DNA of 64,000 nt from Eledone cirrhosa (lineage: Eukaryota): positions 77,996,001 to 78,060,000 of the forward strand of contig OZ024742.1 of NCBI GenBank assembly GCA_964016885.1, written 5' to 3'. Made by a program: the position numbers and the translations under genes. Under the pieces are notes generated by a model that saw nothing but the letters and a program-made list of their open reading frames with translations, did not search any database and was not told the origin of the DNA. How positions within the stretch are numbered: position 1 is the stretch's first letter; each line of letters starts with the position of its first letter. Of the stretch, positions 1-13,259 are shown piece after piece.

Positions 1-2687
1 ACTATGAAGGGATTTTTCATGAAGGCTGGTCTTTCTCCTCGTTGTTATTTCCTCCTTGGACATCCCCTGGTCTATTGTCCTCTCCTTCAGTGCAATTCTT
101 AGCATTGGCTCCTTATTATCAGTCACGTATTTGTGTAGGTTGTTTTTCTCCATCTGAACACAGTCCTCTATGCTGATAAGACCTCTTCCACCTTCAGAGC
201 TCCTTAAGTAGAGTCTATCGACATCACTCCTCTTGTGGAACATGTTGTAGATAGTCAATAGCTTCCTAGTCTTCTTATTGATTTCTTTTTGTTCAGCAAC
301 ATTTCATCTCCGAATTCCCGCACTGTACCTAATAATAGACACAGCTCGGGAATTTACTGCACTTATAGCATTCCTACTGTTCAGATGTGACTTTAATACT
401 CTCCTAACTCTCCGAATGTATTCAGATCTTATCAATTCCTTCATTTCTTTGTTCTTGATGTCATCAGCCTCCAGAACACCCAAATACTTGTTGTCCTTCT
501 TCGGTGTCAATTTCCTTGATCATCTCACCTATTGGTACTTGGATTCCGTTGCTTCTGCTCAATTTAACACTCTTCATCACTCGGACTCCACACTTACTTA
601 TACCAAATTGCATACATATATCATTGCTGAAAATACGGACAGTGTCAACAAGCACATCCAACTCCTTCTCACTCTTCCCGAAGAGCTTAAGATCGTCCAT
701 GAAGAGGAGGTGATTGATGGTAAACTCTCCCTTTCCCAACGTATATCCTGCTCACACTTTTCGCAATATAACGGTCAGGGATATCAGGGCGAGGACAAAC
801 AGCAGAGAGGAAAAACTATCTCCCTGGAAGATACCGCTCTTGATCTTCACGCCTCCCAAGGATTCTCCAGCTGATGTTAACTCTGTTTCCCAGGACTTCA
901 TACTTTTGCCCAACATCTGTCTGATGTTATCTGCCACCTTGAAGATCTCTAGGCCTTTGGTGATCCAAGAATGAGGCACCATGTCAAATGAATTTTTGTA
1001 GTCTATCCATCCCATGGAAAGACCTGTGTGTCTCCTCTTGCAATTCCTCATTACCATCTTATCAATAAGTAACTGGTCCTTTGTACCACGGGACTTCTTT
1101 CGGCATCCTTTCTGTTCGTCCGGTAACAAGTTGTTTGTGTGGAGGTGATGGTAGATTTCCTCAGACATAATGCTTGTCAACAGTTTCCACATTACGGACA
1201 GACATGTGATAGGTCTATAGTTGGTAACATCATTACCCTTGATTCGTCTTTCATTACCAGAACTGTGGTACCTTTTATCAACCACTCTGGTATCTCACCT
1301 GACATCAAGCAGTCATTGAACATGGTTGTCGGTTTCGGGTGGCGGGATGTTATATTTTTAAACCAATACCCCTGCATACCATCTGGGCCTGGTGATTTCC
1401 AGTTGGTTAGTTTTTTGGCCTGCTCCTTAAGAGTTTCAACTGTGATACTTAAGTCAGTTTTTTGGTGTGCCTATTCACTAATCTCCTTCTGTACTGTCTC
1501 AATCCACACTGCCTGGTTATTATGTTTAACATCCTGCTCCCATATTCCTCTCCAGAATGTTTTAGTTTGTTCCGCCTCAGGGATCAAGTCATTGCCTCTT
1601 TCTTTCCCTTCAAGCTGTCCAAACAGCATCTTCTGGTTATTGTCAAACATGCGGTTCTGTCTATACTGACTGACTCTGCTCTCGTATCGCCTAATTGTTG
1701 CACTCTTTGCTACAATGCGTTGCTTCAGTTCCTCTATGATAATATTTAGCTTTTTCCTCCTAGTTTTGTACATTATTTCCAGTCTATTTTTAGTGTCTAT
1801 GTTTTTTAGTGTCCCATTCAGAAGGGACTCAAGCTTTCCAATGTCATTTCTCATTTCCCTGATTTGACCATTCAGTCGTTTCTTCCACCAAGGTTCTGAT
1901 TTTTCTTGTTTGTTGTTTCCTCTCGCTTTTATGCCAAGTAATTTCCTCACCGCATTTGCTGTTGCTTTGAGGATATTGTTGCACTGGTGAAGGCTCCTCG
2001 CCTCAAGGTATGGGATGACTTTGTTTACCTTAGCTGTTGTTTCTTTTAACTTTTTCCTGTCTACAAATCTTAGGTTCATAGGTTTCCCACTATCATTGTT
2101 CAATTCATCTACCACTAAGTTTAGGATATCAACCAAATCTTGTCCTAGCCCGTCAGCATTCATCTCCTCAATGGCCGTATCTCTGTTCCAGGTATAATTT
2201 ATTTCAGCATTCAGATCATTGTCTGCTTCGGATGGTTCCTCCGTTCTCTCAACCTCTTCACCTTCATTTCCCACTGGCTCGTTTGCCTGGCATACTCCAC
2301 TCTCCATTTCCAAGCTAATCTCTCTGCTCAGTTCCTCCAGTTCCAGCTCGCTTATCCACCCATTAGTTCTTATTACCCGAGCCTGCCCGGCCAATTTTTG
2401 TTCATCTAATTTAAATAGACCAATCTCGTTCCAGATGTTATGCATCCGTTTCCTATAGCCTTTCTCCTTGGGTTACTCTTCAGGTAACATTGCATAACAG
2501 TTCTATTCAATTTTTTCGTGCAGTTGGTTCTGGTCCCTTTCCTTCTTCTTCTTCCTCCGACACCAGCAGTATTTGGTTGAAAGCTAGGTCCCTGCTGCTG
2601 AGCCAGGGAGCACCTGCTGGATGAGAGTCTGTCACATGACATTCTAGTCTCCACTTCACCGTTATTCGAACTGTTTAGGTTCGACAT
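1..2687 (-). pseudogene. Frameshifted reverse transcriptase ORF of Dong-like LINE
   Basis: Several frameshifts and stops split one RT polyprotein. N-terminus MSNLNSS...VMQCYLKSNP...RMHNIW...EQKLAGQARVIRTNGW resembles the R4/Dong N-terminal region. Confidence 0.88.
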
Positions 2688-3455
2688 TTAAACACTCTTA
2701 TCGAGGATTTGTGAATGTATGGTTACATAACCACCGGTGATTTCATCACTCCCGGTGATTTTTGTGTGGCACTATCTATCACGCTGTAGACGAACATAAA
2801 CAAACAAACAAACAAACAGGCAAAAATAAACCAAAAAAGAATAAGCATAAATTTCATTGTAATGTAATGTTTGACTGTCTGACTTAGCTTTCCCCCTCCC
2901 CTCTCTGTCCGTCTGTTTGTTTTTTCTTCATTTTTCTTTTCTTTACGTTTTTCGTTGTTGCTGTGCTGCTTTGATTTTGATTTTTGGTTTTTTGATTTTT
3001 TGACCGGGTCATCAATTCAGTCTATTTATATATTTTGATGCCTTCCTCTTTTAGTGGGGACACTACGATGCATGTGTTAGCAGGAGGTAGTGGGAGAGAA
3101 TAGCGGCGGTAGTGATAATGAGGCAGTGGTGGTGGTGGTGGTGGTGGTGGTGGTGGTGGTGGCGCTGTGCTAGTAGTACTTAGCAGGAGGTAGTGGGAGA
3201 GAATAGCGGCGGTAGCCATAATGAGGCAGTGGTGGTGGTGATGTGATCGTAGCACTGTAGTGATGGTGTTGAAGTTGAAGTAGAAATAGAAGTTGAGGCA
3301 ACTTGACCAGAGTTTTTAGCGTGGTAGTGGTGGTGGTGTTGGTGGTGAAATCATCTTCTCTGTCCACTTAGCCATTTAGCTATTTAGCTATTTAGTCATT
3401 TTGCCATTTTCCTCCTTTTCGACTCTAACATTCCTGATCCAAAATTAAATATTAA

Positions 3456-3456
<1 letters not shown>
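1..3456 (-). mobile_element. R4/Dong-clade non-LTR retrotransposon, decayed copy with its 5' end; runs off the window at its 3' side
   Basis: Minus-strand ORF fragments 2687-2406, 2445-1471, 1377-1192, 1285-752, 739-464 and 510-304 carry RT motifs ([30 protein letters not shown]) and are collinear with the intact ORF at 54062-56689. The putative 5' UTR extends to an (ATT)n tract near 3457. Confidence 0.9.
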
Positions 3457-3515
<59 letters not shown>

Positions 3516-3522
3516 TTTATTA
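3457..3522. repeat. (ATT)n microsatellite, probable target of the Dong-like copy
   Basis: Direct reading of the sequence. Confidence 0.95.
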
Positions 3523-4639
3523 TTGTTGTTGTCATCAACATCATTTTTAACATTATTATTCATCGATTTCATTGACTTACCTCTCTCTTAAACTCTCCAA
3601 AAATTGATGAACTTGTGCCTGATTTAAAAGCCATTATTATTAGCAAGAAGCATCACAATAATCAATGTCATCGTCATCATCATATTCATTTGAAAACAGA
3701 ATTCTACCACATGTATGTGAATGTCCGAATGAAGCCATTCTGACTATAGAAACAGTAAAAGATATTTCGTTTGTTTCTTGAATTGCTGTTTTCTTCTATA
3801 TTAGATTTATTATCAAATATGAAAGATATTTGATTTGCACGTTGTTGTTGTTGTTTTAATCCTTCTTCTTTTGAAAGTCAAGTAACAATATTTCGTTTTC
3901 TTGTAATAATTTATTCGATTTCGTTATCATTTCTCCATCGTCGGAAATATTGTTTACACCGAACAAATCCTGTCAACATATCTTTAAAAAATGATTTATA
4001 GAATTTTGGGAAAAAAAATATTAAGTTTGTTACAATCTGCCTAAACTCATTAATTCTTGTTTGTAAAAGTCGCATATAATATTTTAGGAAATCTAATGTA
4101 ATCTGTCAAATGAATTTCAAAACACAGAAATGTTCTTTCAATAGAGAAATATTGGCAAAAAGGCTGAATAACATCAATATACAATGTTCAGATAATAGTA
4201 GATTCATATTTAATACGCAATACCTGAGAATGAATATTTATATATTTCATTCGTCAACTCAGTAATATGTAATACTCCCATCAACTGAAGTTTAGGTCAA
4301 AATTTCATTATTCATCAACTAAGCAATACTTATTTCATTTATTTTATGAGAAAGTGGCAAATAAAATATTCCAGTATTCCAACATGTTCGGAACATCCTA
4401 GCACTAAAGTCATCACCAACCAGGCCCTGTGCTACAATCAGGTCAGCAATGCAGATGCCGATATATATAATCTCATAGGCATTAATTACTGAACCGTGAA
4501 GGATGAAAGTCCTATACAAATTTGTATAATTACCTTAGGCATATAATAATTTCGTGCGATCAATAAATAAATCAATAAACATTGTGAAAACGTCCAAAGC
4601 GATAGAGTGATTCATTGTGTTATGGCCTGTTATTAGCAG

Positions 4640-4850
4640 GTAACCGTGTCCAGTGGATCCGGCTACATCCCCAAGCGAGACCGAACGAGTGACTCTGATC
4701 TCCGAGTATCGTTACACGAAATACCCTTTGGCGGAACTCTATTTCGGACGGTAGTATTCACAATCGTAATTTTTCAGTCATTACACAAGTTTATGCACTA
4801 TATATAAGGATTGGCATGAATACCGAATTGGAATTTACCACATCATTAGA
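4640..4850 (-). mobile_element. Old RTE-like LINE 3' remnant
   Basis: Segments ccccaagcgagacc, ctctgatctcc, ggcggaactctatttc and ggcatgaataccgaattg match 6250-6640 of the neighbouring RTE copy. Confidence 0.55.
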
Positions 4851-6101
4851 AAGAGAAGAATAAGATGCACTGAACATTAATGGACAGCAAAGGTTGAGAT
4901 CATCAGCGACATTCATCTTTGGGAACTGAAGCGTGGCTACGGAAATGTTAAAGCAATTTTGCGAGAATTCTGAGTGCACCCAAGAAAACCTACACGTAAT
5001 GGCAGTCAGAAAAGACTGGAGAAACGTTTTTCATTTGTTTTTAATTCGTTTTTCATTCTTAAAAGGAGTTATTAAATACTATGTTGACTAGATGTTTAAC
5101 TGCCTCCCACCAATAAACAGTGTGAAATGTTAACTAGATACAAAGAAATAACAGTCTAACTAATGAAACCCACAAAAATAAGTGATTTTAGACCATCCAG
5201 TGTCTATGTAGGGAACACAACTAAAATTCCTAGCATTCATAATTAATGAATATCCAATTATTATAATAAATGATACGTAAATACTTCCTAGAAATCTAAA
5301 TGCCTTGGTCTATATACAGATTCTCACCAGGACTTATCTGTTTAATCTTGATATGCATTTATAATCATAACTACCTTATTATCTTACAATATAATTATCA
5401 TTACGTAGCATCTACATAACAAATTCCATACTGGCATATAATATCTCACTCTTCTTGCTAGTAGATGAATACACACCTAAAATATCTTAACAGTTTTAGA
5501 TAATAGCTATATAAAATCAGGCTTCCGCTATCATAATTAGTACTAACTCAGGAGGAACCACCCAACTATAAACTATTATTGTTTTCATTACTGAGTAGCT
5601 ACGTGGTGAATACAATACATTCACATAAAACATAACCAAACCTAATATTCGATAACTATAATCAGAATATAACCAGCACAAACAATCCTATATTCTCACA
5701 AAATACTCATCTAAACTAATATTAGCATGGTTTATCCACCTATATCTAACTGTTCGATAACCACAACTAAATTTACCGTCGACATGATTAGATTACATCA
5801 ACCTCTTGCCTCTTGATTAAACTATCCTTGACCTACAATAGGTGTAAACTAACACCATATCAAATAGAGAAACATCGAAGTAGTCCACTAAGTGACAGTA
5901 GGATTTAAAAGTGCACCAAACTTGAAATCGTTAATTATATATTATACGGAGAAAACAATAGCCATAATTTATATTTAGATGCTAAAACAGAAATCCATTA
6001 TCTTAAAGACAATAAAAAGCAGTTCAAAGCGTTATATCGATTCTAAGGTGACACTAGGTTTAAAAAGCCATCTATAAAATTCGAGCGGACGCTTAACTAA
6101 G

Positions 6102-7470
6102 TTCTTCTTCTTCTTCTTCTTCTTCTTCTTCTTCTTCTTCTTCTTCTTCGTCCACTTATTCCTCAGAGGGTCGTGGGCGCAGTGTCAACAAACATCCCTT
6201 CCAGCATGTCCTCTCAAAAGGAACCCTCTCCAACTGATCCGGCTTGGTCCCCAAGCTAGACCAGCCAAGCTCATGTATGTTACCCAACGATCTTACTCGG
6301 TGGCTGCCCCTGGGTCTACTGCTGGTACTGCTGGTTGGTTTTACCCGTAAAATCGGTTTCCTGACACATTCTAATCACATGCCCATAGTATCGGAGCTGT
6401 GATCTCTCAATTCGGAGAAGTAGCAGCTGTACCTTTAATGACACTCTGATCTCTAAGCTACGCATTCTATTGAGTAACGTTACTCAAAAGACCCTTCGGA
6501 GGAACTCCATTTCCGCCACATGTATTTTTCGGTTATAACCCAACATTCATGACCATAGGTAAGGGTTGGCACTATTTCTCGGTTATTACCCAATATTCAT
6601 GACCATAGGTAAGGTTTGGCACGAATACCGAATTGCAGATAGCCTGTAGCTGCTAGGTTGTTGGTTTCTTTGGCTTTAGTTGAAGATAACCCCTCTCTTA
6701 ACACGAACATCCAGCACAGAAACTAAGAGATCAGAGGCAATAACAAAATCAATTATTGATCTATTTCCCTGATTCCCATTACAACATGGATGTCTCTGTA
6801 CTGGAAGAATGTGTTTATAATAGAGAATCCATTGCTAGAATAGAAGTCTAGTACGGCTTCTCTATTCGTATTAAGATCGGGATCACCGTTCCTTCCAATC
6901 ACACCTTTCCATGGCAGGTGGTGCAGAGCCAACATGTACATTGAAGTCCCTCATCAGCAGTGACTCCTTCAAGAAAGGACCTGCATTCCGACTTCTTGTT
7001 TGGTGCATACATTTGCACCACCCACAGAGACCTATCTTTCAGCTTCAGCTTCAAGCGACAAATCCTCCCTCCTAACTGAATCCAGTCCATAACAGATGCT
7101 GACAGCTGATGGCTTGTGAGTATCCCCACTCCTGCCTGTTTGATTATTTCTGGCCTCACACCTGAATAGTGTAGTTTCCAAACTCCATCCAAATCTACAT
7201 TATCAGGACCATAGAACTTTGTTGAGAAATCCCCGAATATATCTAGCCGGTAGCATCTAGCCTCCTACACTAGTTGCTCCTCCTTATCTGTAACGGTTGT
7301 GATGTTCCAGGATCCAATTGTGAAGGTTTACTCCCTTTCGGACTTTCTTTGGAGTTTCGGAATACGTGTCCAGACACGCCTCCTAGGTCAGCTCGCATGC
7401 ACATCACTAGTTTTTGCGGTATGAAATGGATACTGGAATTTATTTTTCGAACAAGCTCCTCAAACTAAGT
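6102..7470 (-). mobile_element. RTE-clade LINE, internally deleted and decayed, with (GAA)n tail
   Basis: AP-endonuclease fragments (WKLHYSGV...QAGVGIL...VVQMYAPN; GVIGRNG...IINTFFQ) at 6753-7192, RT C-terminal remnants at 6150-6650, and (TTC)n at 6102-6148. Confidence 0.75.
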
Positions 7471-7849
7471 CTTGAACACGCCCCTTGTTAACTCGCGCGA
7501 ACGTCTATGCGCTCAGTTTCGTTTTTGTTTTCCTCATCATATTGAAGTTTCAGTTTCAGTGGTCTTATTCGCGCCAGACATCAATCTGGTACTTTGTCAA
7601 ACCTGCGAAGACGACTATTTTAGAGGAGGCCTTTACTTGCCTCGTCATAGCTACACCACAGGATTGTGAGTGTTTCCTTGGGAGCTGTAGTTCTCACCCA
7701 TTGCTCAATATTTCCAAGTGGTTTACCACTAACTATAGAAATAAATGAAGAACAGGTATCCACATTTATTGAAATCCCTTATGGACCGACCAATAAGGCG
7801 ATGTTTCTGATAAACGAAACAAAATTTAAAAAAATCAACTATCCCTAGG

Positions 7850-8075
7850 AGTATAATGGTTTCTGATTTAGGCATAAGCCCAACCATTTTGAGGAGGAGG
7901 GGAAAGTCTACTAAATCAATCCCAGTGCTTGACTGGTTCTTTATTTTATTGACCCCGAAAAGATGAAAGGCAAAGCTAACCTCAGCGGTATTTGAAATCA
8001 GAACGTACAGGGCGGTAACATTATACCACAAAGCATGGTGTCCGGTGGTCTACTAATACTTCCAATCCAACGCAC
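7850..8075 (-). mobile_element. tRNA-derived SINE (Meta-domain-like core)
   Basis: Reverse complement reads ...tttcaaataccgctgaggttagctttgcctttcatcttttcggggtcaataaaataaagaaccag..., the same family as 23535, 44295, 44788, 45734 and 47123. Confidence 0.8.
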
Positions 8076-8722
8076 CATTCCTAGGAGAACAAAATTATTT
8101 GGTTTGCTATCAAAAATTAGGAAATATAATTTATTATACATAAATACGTTATGGATGTTAATTATATAGAGGGGATAATTTTATGTTAGGAAACAATACA
8201 ATTCTCCCCATTACTCTATCTCCTCAACTGATTCATAAGACGATTCGAATATTTGGTTGGGCTAATTACCAACTGACACAACGAACTGAAACCGCCCACA
8301 AAATCACTCACACATACGCAGGTTAATAAGCTCGTATTATACAGAAATATTTCATTTAGCATCCACTAAAGATTTGTACCAAACAAATTGATAACCGGTG
8401 CGCAGAAGTAAAACAAATTAATTGTTTAAGTCTCGGTGTAGGGACTAAAATCACATAGAAATGGTAGAGGGAAACATCGATTGAATAAAACGGAAGTCAA
8501 ATGGAAAATGAATCCGGAACATTGAAACACGTGTAAAGAGTACGGAATAAATGGTGATTTGGAAATAATTCTATCATATTCGGTAACAAACCCATAATTC
8601 ACTACACTCAGCGTCACATACACTGTCAAATACACATACACACACAAACATATATAGAGATAGATAGATAGATAGATAGATAGAGGGTTAATATATATAT
8701 ATATAGGGAGAGTCAGAGACTG

Positions 8723-8757
<35 letters not shown>

Positions 8758-9966
8758 ATGTGTTTCTTTATGCGTGTCTGTGCGTGTGAATCTGTGTGTG
8801 CGTTTGTTGTGGTACCAAATACAATCACTCACTGAGAACAAACATTGTTACTGTTGAGTAAGAACTGACGAAAACTTCCCTGAATGAAATAATTTTTCAC
8901 ATCGGAACACACAAACGTTCTGTATGGTTGGACAAATATGAAAAAGCAGAACAAAAGAACTGAATAACTATGAAAATACAAATAATTGGAAACAACAAAA
9001 TAACATCAAATATAGAAAATGAAAGCTGAAACAAGATTAAAAGGATAAAATAACAAACGATAACCAAGACAGAAACACAGACTCACACACTAATACACCC
9101 CCATATAAGTTTCAAATGCTTGTGTTAGTCTTGTTCTATAAAGACATAAAATTAATATATCAAAAATCGGCACGCAGTATTTCTTTGTACATAAAACAAT
9201 AAACAGAAACAATCAGGAATCACAATCATAACTACGTCCAAAGTGTACACACACGCACAAACACACACATTCACGCACACATCCGACATATATATATATA
9301 TATATATATACATTCTATCTATCTATCAATCTATCTATCTTCTATCTATTTAAATAAATGTATATATATATATATATATATATATTAGATAGATAGGTAG
9401 ATAGCGAGCGAGCAGGACAGGGAGAGGAAAAGGAACTCAACTAATATGTTTGCTGCAGACAGTTTTCTCTGATTTTCTTAGATAGTTATATTATTAATCG
9501 TAGATAGTAACGATGTCTATCCTGTCTATGTTTCTGATTGATTTATATACAGACAACTCGCGATGTTACTTCTTGCTGGGTAAAAAGGGTAAATAACCCA
9601 GATTCGTTCACGAAGGACTTTGGCTGTGCACTTAGAAAAGTCCCTTCTTAGGCACAAGCTTGATCAAAGAGATGTTGTGTCAGAACAAAAGTCGCCCACG
9701 TAATCATTCACCCCTCACAACATCACATTGACGCACTTAAGACGATGTCACTAATTTCTCCAGCCGAGTGAACAGGAGTGATATGAAATAATATGTCATA
9801 TGAAAGCATATAACGCATTGTCAGTTCCCGTGCGTGCGAGCGCATAAGGTTTCGCGTGTGTCTACTTGCCCACGTCGGCACGTATTGGTGTGTGATTTGG
9901 ACGTTCAAAGACTGGCTTTGTGTGTGTGTGGTATGTGTGTGCGTGTATGTGTGTATGTGTGTGTGT

Positions 9967-10010
<44 letters not shown>

Positions 10011-10201
10011 AAATGTAGAAAATCTTGAACGCAGGAAAGTAGCTATGAACACAGTTTTAGAGAATTCGATAAAATAATCCTATAGAAGGAAAACGTGGCT
10101 ATTTTCCCCGTCTATAGCCGTGTTCACAGCTATTTTCCTGCATTAGAAAAATTATACATTTCTAAACATTCTACCTCACTCAAAGCTTCAATTTTTATTT
10201 A

Positions 10202-10280
<79 letters not shown>

Positions 10281-10283
<3 letters not shown>

Positions 10284-10442
10284 CCAGAGGTTCATTCTTT
10301 CATTACTACATCTGAAGACCGACGAGCTTTTGATTCCAGAGTCGTCGGGCCAGATCGATACCGATCGAATTTTGACCTGATCAATAGCGAAACGCTGGTC
10401 ACCAGTCAATAAACGTAATGAAGGCATAACAAATCGTCCTTG

Positions 10443-10445
<3 letters not shown>
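10281..10445 (+). ncRNA. Short element between (TA)n tracts with an atypical hammerhead-like fold
   Basis: ctacat-CTGAAGA(10312-18)-ccgacga...tcgtcgg hairpin-extra segment-GAAAC(10389-93)...CGTA-atgaag. Stem I has one mismatch and there is extra sequence inside the core. Confidence 0.4.
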
Positions 10446-10490
<45 letters not shown>

Positions 10491-10494
<4 letters not shown>

Positions 10495-11225
10495 AATATA
10501 ATTTAATATAATAAAGAGAGACAAACACAGATATGTACATATATGCGTTCAAATCATAAAGGGCCTAAACCGCTATATATCTGTGTTTGTATCTCTTTAT
10601 TATATTAAATACTATTATAAGGCTCGGAAAATATTTTCCTTGTGCTGTTTCAATTATAAGGGACTATTGTGAGTTTTTAACTCAATATATACTTTTGATA
10701 AACTCAGCTGCTGGAATTTTGTCGAGCTTTTTACATGTCGAGTGAATCTGGCTGCTATTTTTAGTAACCTACGTTTTACAGGGCACGCTAGACACTGAAT
10801 GCCATGTGCGGTTTTTTCTCTCTTAAAACACACGCTTCATTTAGTCTTCTAAGAATGTTAGCAGTGAAGGGAGTACTAATTTTGTACATCCACTGAAGAG
10901 CAATCGGATTTGTAATTCTGTCCACTTTGTTGCGAAACAGTTCTACCAAGGGCTGTCTGCATGTGTTGATAGTTATCACGATTCGGTTTCTATTGCTTAA
11001 TTCATCCATTTAATTGAGTCTGGCAAACCGTATTGTTCATAGTTAGTATCTTATTCACCCTAGCGACTTAGGTCCCTTATGATCTGAACGCATATATGTA
11101 TATATCTGTGTTGGTCTCTCTTTAGTATATTAAATTATATTATACGGGTCGGAAATTTTTTTTTCCTTAAGCTATTTTAACTATAAGGGACCATTGTGAG
11201 TTTTTATACATATATACTTTTGATA
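10491..11225 (+). mobile_element. Non-coding retrozyme-like / non-autonomous PLE element: about 525-bp unit, terminal direct repeat and 5' inversion
   Basis: Direct repeat 10574-10699 / 11099-11225. 10491-10575 is the reverse complement of 11061-11145. Flanked by TA runs and contains a canonical HHR. Confidence 0.75.
10885..10965 (+). ncRNA. Type I hammerhead ribozyme, canonical core
   Basis: tacatcca-CTGAAGA-gcaat...gttgc-GAAA-cagttct acca agggctg-TC-tgcatgtg. Stem I 7/8 bp, stem II 5 bp, stem III 8 bp including G-U pairs, predicted GUC cleavage after 10957. Confidence 0.9.
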
Positions 11226-11229
11226 TATA

Positions 11230-13230
11230 TGTATCAAAACAAATTAGTCTATATACCTTGCACCAATAATACTTCAAACATACAACCCAATATTACCAAC
11301 AAACACCAAATGAAAAGCCCACACCTAAATGCCACTCATACTACACCTAAAAATACCAACCTAAAACTTCATTTCTCTACCTCTTCTCACATAAAATATA
11401 ATGACTTTCAAAAACCATTCATCCTAATACTCCAATATATGTTAACAACATTACTAACAACATTCCTAATAATCAGACTAAAACACCTAAATCAGTTAAT
11501 CTAACTAAACCTATATATAATAAATTCACTAATACTAACTCTCTTAGAAAATATCCTGATACATCGTATAAATATAAAAAACAATATTGAAACCGTAATA
11601 GACGGGTTACTTGGTGTAATGTTCCATTTAATCTACAAATTAAAGATAATATCCCTAGAAAATGTTTTACTATCCTAGAGAAAAACTTCCCACCAAACCA
11701 TAAATACCATCAAATTTTAAATAGATCAACTGTCAAATGTTCCTACTCCACTACCAAAAATATACAACAGAATATAAGTGCATACAATGCATATAAATGT
11801 AAAAAAAACACAAATATACCACCAACACATCAAACCAACCATAATACTAAAATAAACCGCAAGAAACCACCATCTCCTTCACCTATAACAAGTCGAGTAA
11901 ATTCCACACCAAATTTGACTAACTCGCCTGATATAATATTCACGAATGGTTGTAACTGTAGAATCAAAAGAAATTCCCCATTAAAGGGAAATTGTCTTAT
12001 TATTAACATAGTCTATAAATGTAAAATAGCACTAAGGACTCCACTTATTCATATATAGGAGCTACGTCTAACCAATTTAAAGTAAGATTTAATACCCACA
12101 AACATAGTTTTTAAAATGCCGCATTAGCTAATACAACATCCTTGGCTGAAACAATTAATAATTATAGAAAGAAGAATATCGATTACAACCTGACCTGGAG
12201 CGTGCTCAAAAGGGCCACCCCTTATCAAAATAACAGATACGAGTTGAAATCATGAAATCTAAGGATATCCTATTAAATAAGCGACAGGAATTAATTATAT
12301 CTTGCAATCATAGATTTGGAAGAACCTTCAAATATTATAAACCTAATTAATATACACCTTACTCTTATATTGTACATATTATTATAATTAGTTTTTTTTT
12401 AAATTTAGTTAACCTATAATTAGTATTTTACTACAGAGACTTCATAATTTTAGTTCCCTCTTAGAGCTCTCTTTTCCTAAAATTAATACCTAAATGTATA
12501 CCTATAAATTAATTTAATTTCCTGTTATGAATCTAGATTCCTTGTAGTTTATATAAGTTTGGTATTTGTCACATTTACACTTATCCCAAAATTTTACTTT
12601 CCTTCGTTTTTAACAAAACTCCTTAATAACATCTAATTTTTATTTATCACATACATATGAATTAATAAGTATACCTATCAATTAATTTAATTTCTTGTTA
12701 TAGATCTAGATTCCTTGTGGTTTAAATAAGATTGGTATTTCTCACTAATACCCTTACCCTAAAATGTTATTTTCCTTCGTTTTTAACATTATTCTTTAAT
12801 AACATCAAATTTTCGTGTACCCTTCACTGGCTTGACCTCTTTTCATCCCCAAAGTATTCTTTTCATTCAAAGTATTCTTTTCATTCAAAACATAGGTCTG
12901 CACTCCTCTACCCCTAAATTAAATTTCTACTACCACTATTCTATCAACTTGACCTCTAACTACTTTTCTATTGGTCAATTCAAAACCTGTTCCCAAACAG
13001 ACATTTTATAATAAATCTTTGTTGTTTTTTTTCAATAAACACATCTCATCATTTCTGAGGATAGCATGTATCTGTGAAGGTATGTATATTTCCTCTGATA
13101 ATTTGTAATATTTTTACATAGATCTATATGATATACATACCAATACACATCCTAGAAACGATCGTAAAATGATGAATTTTTTAATATAAGGAACTTGTTC
13201 TTTGTTTTTATTTCATTGTTTTTATTAATT
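11230..13230 (+). mobile_element. Naiad-type Penelope-like element, 5'-truncated and decayed
   Basis: Translates to RNRRVTWCNVPFN...NFPPNHKYHQILNRSTVKCSYSTTKNI, CNCRIKRNSPLKGNCL and IVYKC...YIGATSNQFKVRF (GIY-YIG), homologous to 52047-52871. The 3' UTR ends in an HHR and (TA)n. Confidence 0.85.
13046..13175 (+). ncRNA. Type I hammerhead ribozyme with about 90-nt stem II and palindromic stem III
   Basis: Perfect 9-bp stem I tcatcattt/aaatgatga, CTGAGGA (13055-61), stem II tag...cta with inner ggtatgtatat/atatacatacc helix, then GAAAC-GATC-GTA (ACGATCGT palindrome). Confidence 0.88.
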
Positions 13231-13259
13231 TATATATATATATATATATATTGCCATTA

